Shown piece after piece: positions 60,835-64,000 of a stretch of DNA of 64,000 bases. The translations under genes and the position numbers were made by a program. The notes under the pieces were generated by a model. It saw nothing but the letters and a program-made list of their open reading frames with translations. It had not been told where the DNA came from and did no database searches. Source of the DNA: Hormiphora californensis (Eukaryota > Animalia > Ctenophora). Each line of letters opens with the position of its first letter. Position 1 is the first letter of the stretch. Location: the NCBI GenBank assembly GCA_020137815.1, contig CM035351.1, forward strand, positions 6,014,001 to 6,078,000, read 5' to 3'.

Positions 60835-61242
60835 TACGTTTGTTTTTAGGTACAAAAATGTCTGAAACAGTCTCTGATACCCGACGAGACGGAAAGGTTT
60901 CGCTGTACAAAAAAAGACAAATTTTCACCTGGATTTTTTATTTGCAATTGTAATTTTAACTGCGCGCATTAAAAGGTAACAATGGCGCGGATTTCTTTTG
61001 CGCGTAATAGTTTACCGCAGACAGAGTGCTGGAAACATGAACTTTGTTCTTCACGATTGCATTTCGGAGAAATTTGTTCACACGTGTATTGTGTAACCGA
61101 GTGGCCTGTGACGAACAGCCGTCTTTCAGTGGTAGACGGTCCCTTCCGGCTCTCTCCAGATGACAAGGGGGGGAATTTTTGGACGCTATGTCACACTCAG
61201 AGGGAAGAATAAAACCATGGGAATTCGGTGTTTTTTTTACAT

Positions 61243-62679
61243 AGGGTAGTTTAACATTTGTTTGAGTGCACACCTCCAATTCCGGTTGTAACTGGTCGGG
61301 AAGACCTCCCTGAAGGTCGTGGTGGTGCGGGAAAAATCATGTAGACCCGCTGCGGCTTCAGAAAATTGAGAAAAAGATAGCTATCTTTTTTTTCACTTTG
61401 AAAATAAGACTTTTTTATAAAAAAGATCCTTGATCAGTAAGATACGGTTGTCCCCCACCTATTTTTTGACGTAGAATCGAATGCCGTTGAAGTCAAATCT
61501 CGAAAATGCTGGCAAAATGGAGAAAATCACGTTTTTAGGTGTTTTTTGGTGAAAAAAGCGTTCAAACTGGTAGTAGATGATGAGATAGAGTCCCAAAAGT
61601 ATCACGAATCGATTTTTTGGGTCCTTTTCGCCCTAGGAGCAGAGTTTCATGAAAATCTGGTACAACGCCTATTCTCCGTTTGCTTTCAAAGAAGGTAAAT
61701 ATTGCTCTAATTTAGCCAATTTTGAAGAAAAGGCGTCCAAAATGATACTAGTTGACAGGATAGAGTCCCAAAAACTTGAAAAATATCAATTTTAGGCATT
61801 TTCTACCCTAGAAACAAATGGACATGGTGGTCGGATGATATAAATTATCTTGGTAGGCCTCTGAAGTAGGTGGAAATAGCCACAATGTAGCAATTGTGGC
61901 AAATGAATGTTTACCAAACCCACTTTAGAGGGCTTCTGGATTATGCAAGGCCACTCTTCAACTTAGTAGGTTAGTTAATAGTGCTAAAGTGGGTTTGGTA
62001 AACGTTTATTCACATTCATTTGCCACAATTGCTACATTGTGGCTATTTCCACCAACTTCAGAGGCCTACCGAGATAATTAATATCATCCGACCACCACGT
62101 CCATTTGTTTCTAGGGTAGAAAATGCCTAAAATTGATATTTTTCAAGTTTTTGGGACTCTATCCTGTCAACTAGTATCATTTTGGACGCCTTTTCTTCAA
62201 AATTGGCTAAATTAGAGCAATATTTACCTTCTTTGAAAGCAAACGGAGAATAGGCGTTGTACCAGATTTTCATGAAACTCTGCTCCTAGGGCGAAAAGGA
62301 CCCAAAAAATCGATTCGTGATACTTTTGGGACTCTATCTCATCATCTACTACCAGTTTGAATGCTTTTTTCACCAAAAAACACCTAAAAACGTGATTTTC
62401 TCCATTTTGTCAGCATTTTCGAGATTTGACTTCAACGGCATTCGATTCTACGTCAAAAAATAGGTGGGGGACAACCGTATCTTACTGATCAAGGATCTTT
62501 TTTATAAAAAAGTCTTATTTTCAAAGTGAAAAAAAAGATAGCTATCTTTTTCTCAATTTTCTGAAGCCGCAGCGGGTCTACATGATTTTTCCCGCACCAC
62601 CACGACCTTCAGGGAGGTCTTCCCGACCAGTTACAACCGGAATTGGAGGTGTGCACTCAAACAAATGTTAAACTACCCT
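61243..62679. mobile_element. Foldback element, ~690-bp arms
   Basis: agggtagtttaacatttg ... caaatgttaaactaccct with near-identical arms and a ~60-bp spacer. Confidence 0.9.
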
Positions 62680-62694
62680 CGGGCACGCCGTGGC

Positions 62695-63472
62695 GGTGAA
62701 AGTGAAAATTGTTAGCATTTAGCACGCGCGTGCACTTTTGAGCCGATTTACGGTTCACGTGGTGCATGAGTGCACGCGAAATTTCAAAGAAAACGAATTT
62801 TTTTCTTTTTTTTCAGTTTTTCTTTTTTTTCTTTTTCATTTTTCTTTTTTTTCAATTTTTCTTTTTTTTTCTTTTTCATTTTTTCTTTTTTTGTTAAAAA
62901 ATTCATCGTGCACTCATGCACCGCCATAGAGCATAGCCCCGACACAAACACGGTCCACACTCCATGGGCTGTGAGCTGGCCGAGTTTCGACTGATTTTAC
63001 CAATTTTCCAATAGTGAAACCGTTAATGACAGAACTTTTTGGTAGTTTTTAGTAAATTGATATCTTGTACGTTTGTTTTTAGGTACAAAAATGTCTGAAA
63101 CAGTCTCTGATACCCGACGAGACGGAAAGGTTTCGCTGAAACAAAAAAAGACGAAATTTTCACCTGGATTTTTTATTTTGCAATTGTAATTTTAACGCGC
63201 GCATTAAAAAGGTAACAAGTGGCGCGGATTTCTTTTGCGCGTAATAGTTTACGCGCAGACAGAGTGCTGAAACATTGAACTTTGTTCTTTCACGATGCAT
63301 TCGGAGAAATTTGTTCACACGTGTATTGTGTAACCGAGTGGCCTGTGACGAACAGCCGTCTTTCAGTGGCTAGACGGTCCCTTCCGGCCTCTCTCAGACA
63401 AGGGGGACGCTATGTCACACTCAGAGGGAAGAATAAAACATAGGACGGGGAATTTTCCGGTGTTTTATTTTA
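62695..63472 (+). repeat. Direct duplication of ~60300-61240
   Basis: Collinear copy lacking the 60684-60834 MITE and carrying many small indels. Confidence 0.85.
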
Positions 63473-63667
63473 CTAGGCTTGTAACAGGTCAGTATTCATT
63501 AACACTGTAACTGAAGCCACCTGTTCATGGAGAAATAATTACACACAGATTCATCATGTTTCATGATGAAAGTTTCATCATGTAATTTCAATATGCTCAG
63601 TGGGTTAAAATGCAATTCTAAAAAACATAAAAAAGGAGTCCGTGCTTCTCTCTCTCTCATCTCCCGT

Positions 63668-64000
63668 CTAGTATCGGTAGTAACTAGGCTTGTAAGGTCC
63701 TCCCACCTTAACTCCAATGTACTCGGCTTGATCGTCTTCCAAAACGGTCAGCTTGCATCCAAGATGATCCAAATGTAGGGCAGCAACCTTCTCATCAAGC
63801 TGTGGAGAAGAGAGAGGGGTATTAAAATGACGTCATTGCTGTGTAGTGGGGTTAAAATAAAGTTATAATAGTAGTGGGCCAGAATTTACCAAGGTTTATG
63901 CATATCATGACCCACCCCACCGCCCCCAATGACCTACCTCCTTGGGGAGGAAATGAACTCCTAGCTCGTACTTTCCAGGGTTACACCACAGCTCAATCTG
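63668..64000 (-). CDS. AHCY: S-adenosylhomocysteine hydrolase, last two exons (63938-64000, 63668-63799); partial
   Basis: [21 protein letters not shown]|[43 protein letters not shown]. Confidence 0.95.

Overview
Eukaryotic (metazoan) genomic window with short GT-AG introns and abundant (GA)n/(TC)n microsatellites. A ctenophore-like invertebrate is my guess, unverified. Left part: first coding exon of a DMRT (DM-domain) gene on the minus strand, a gene-poor repeat-rich ~9 kb, and a multi-exon Slingshot phosphatase (minus). From 21181 to 54484 lie 13 consecutive + strand housekeeping genes: MRPL36-like, DDX56, translin, PHF14, SRFBP1, FAM185A, HDAC8, BLOC1S5, PEX3, U2AF1, CHTF18, MIF4GD-like and HCCS. 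Most stop-to-start spacers are about 90-550 bp, and every ATG has a 3' splice acceptor 0-15 nt upstream. This is the architecture of a polycistronic operon resolved by spliced-leader trans-splicing and is the main finding. The window also holds an inverted pair of tRNA-Gly genes with B-box repeats, several kb-scale foldback transposons, a (TC)n-associated RLE non-LTR retroelement, a decayed spliced hAT-like element, candidate minimal hammerhead ribozymes, and the 3' end of AHCY (minus). Gene identities come from motif recognition by eye, and exon boundaries are manual.
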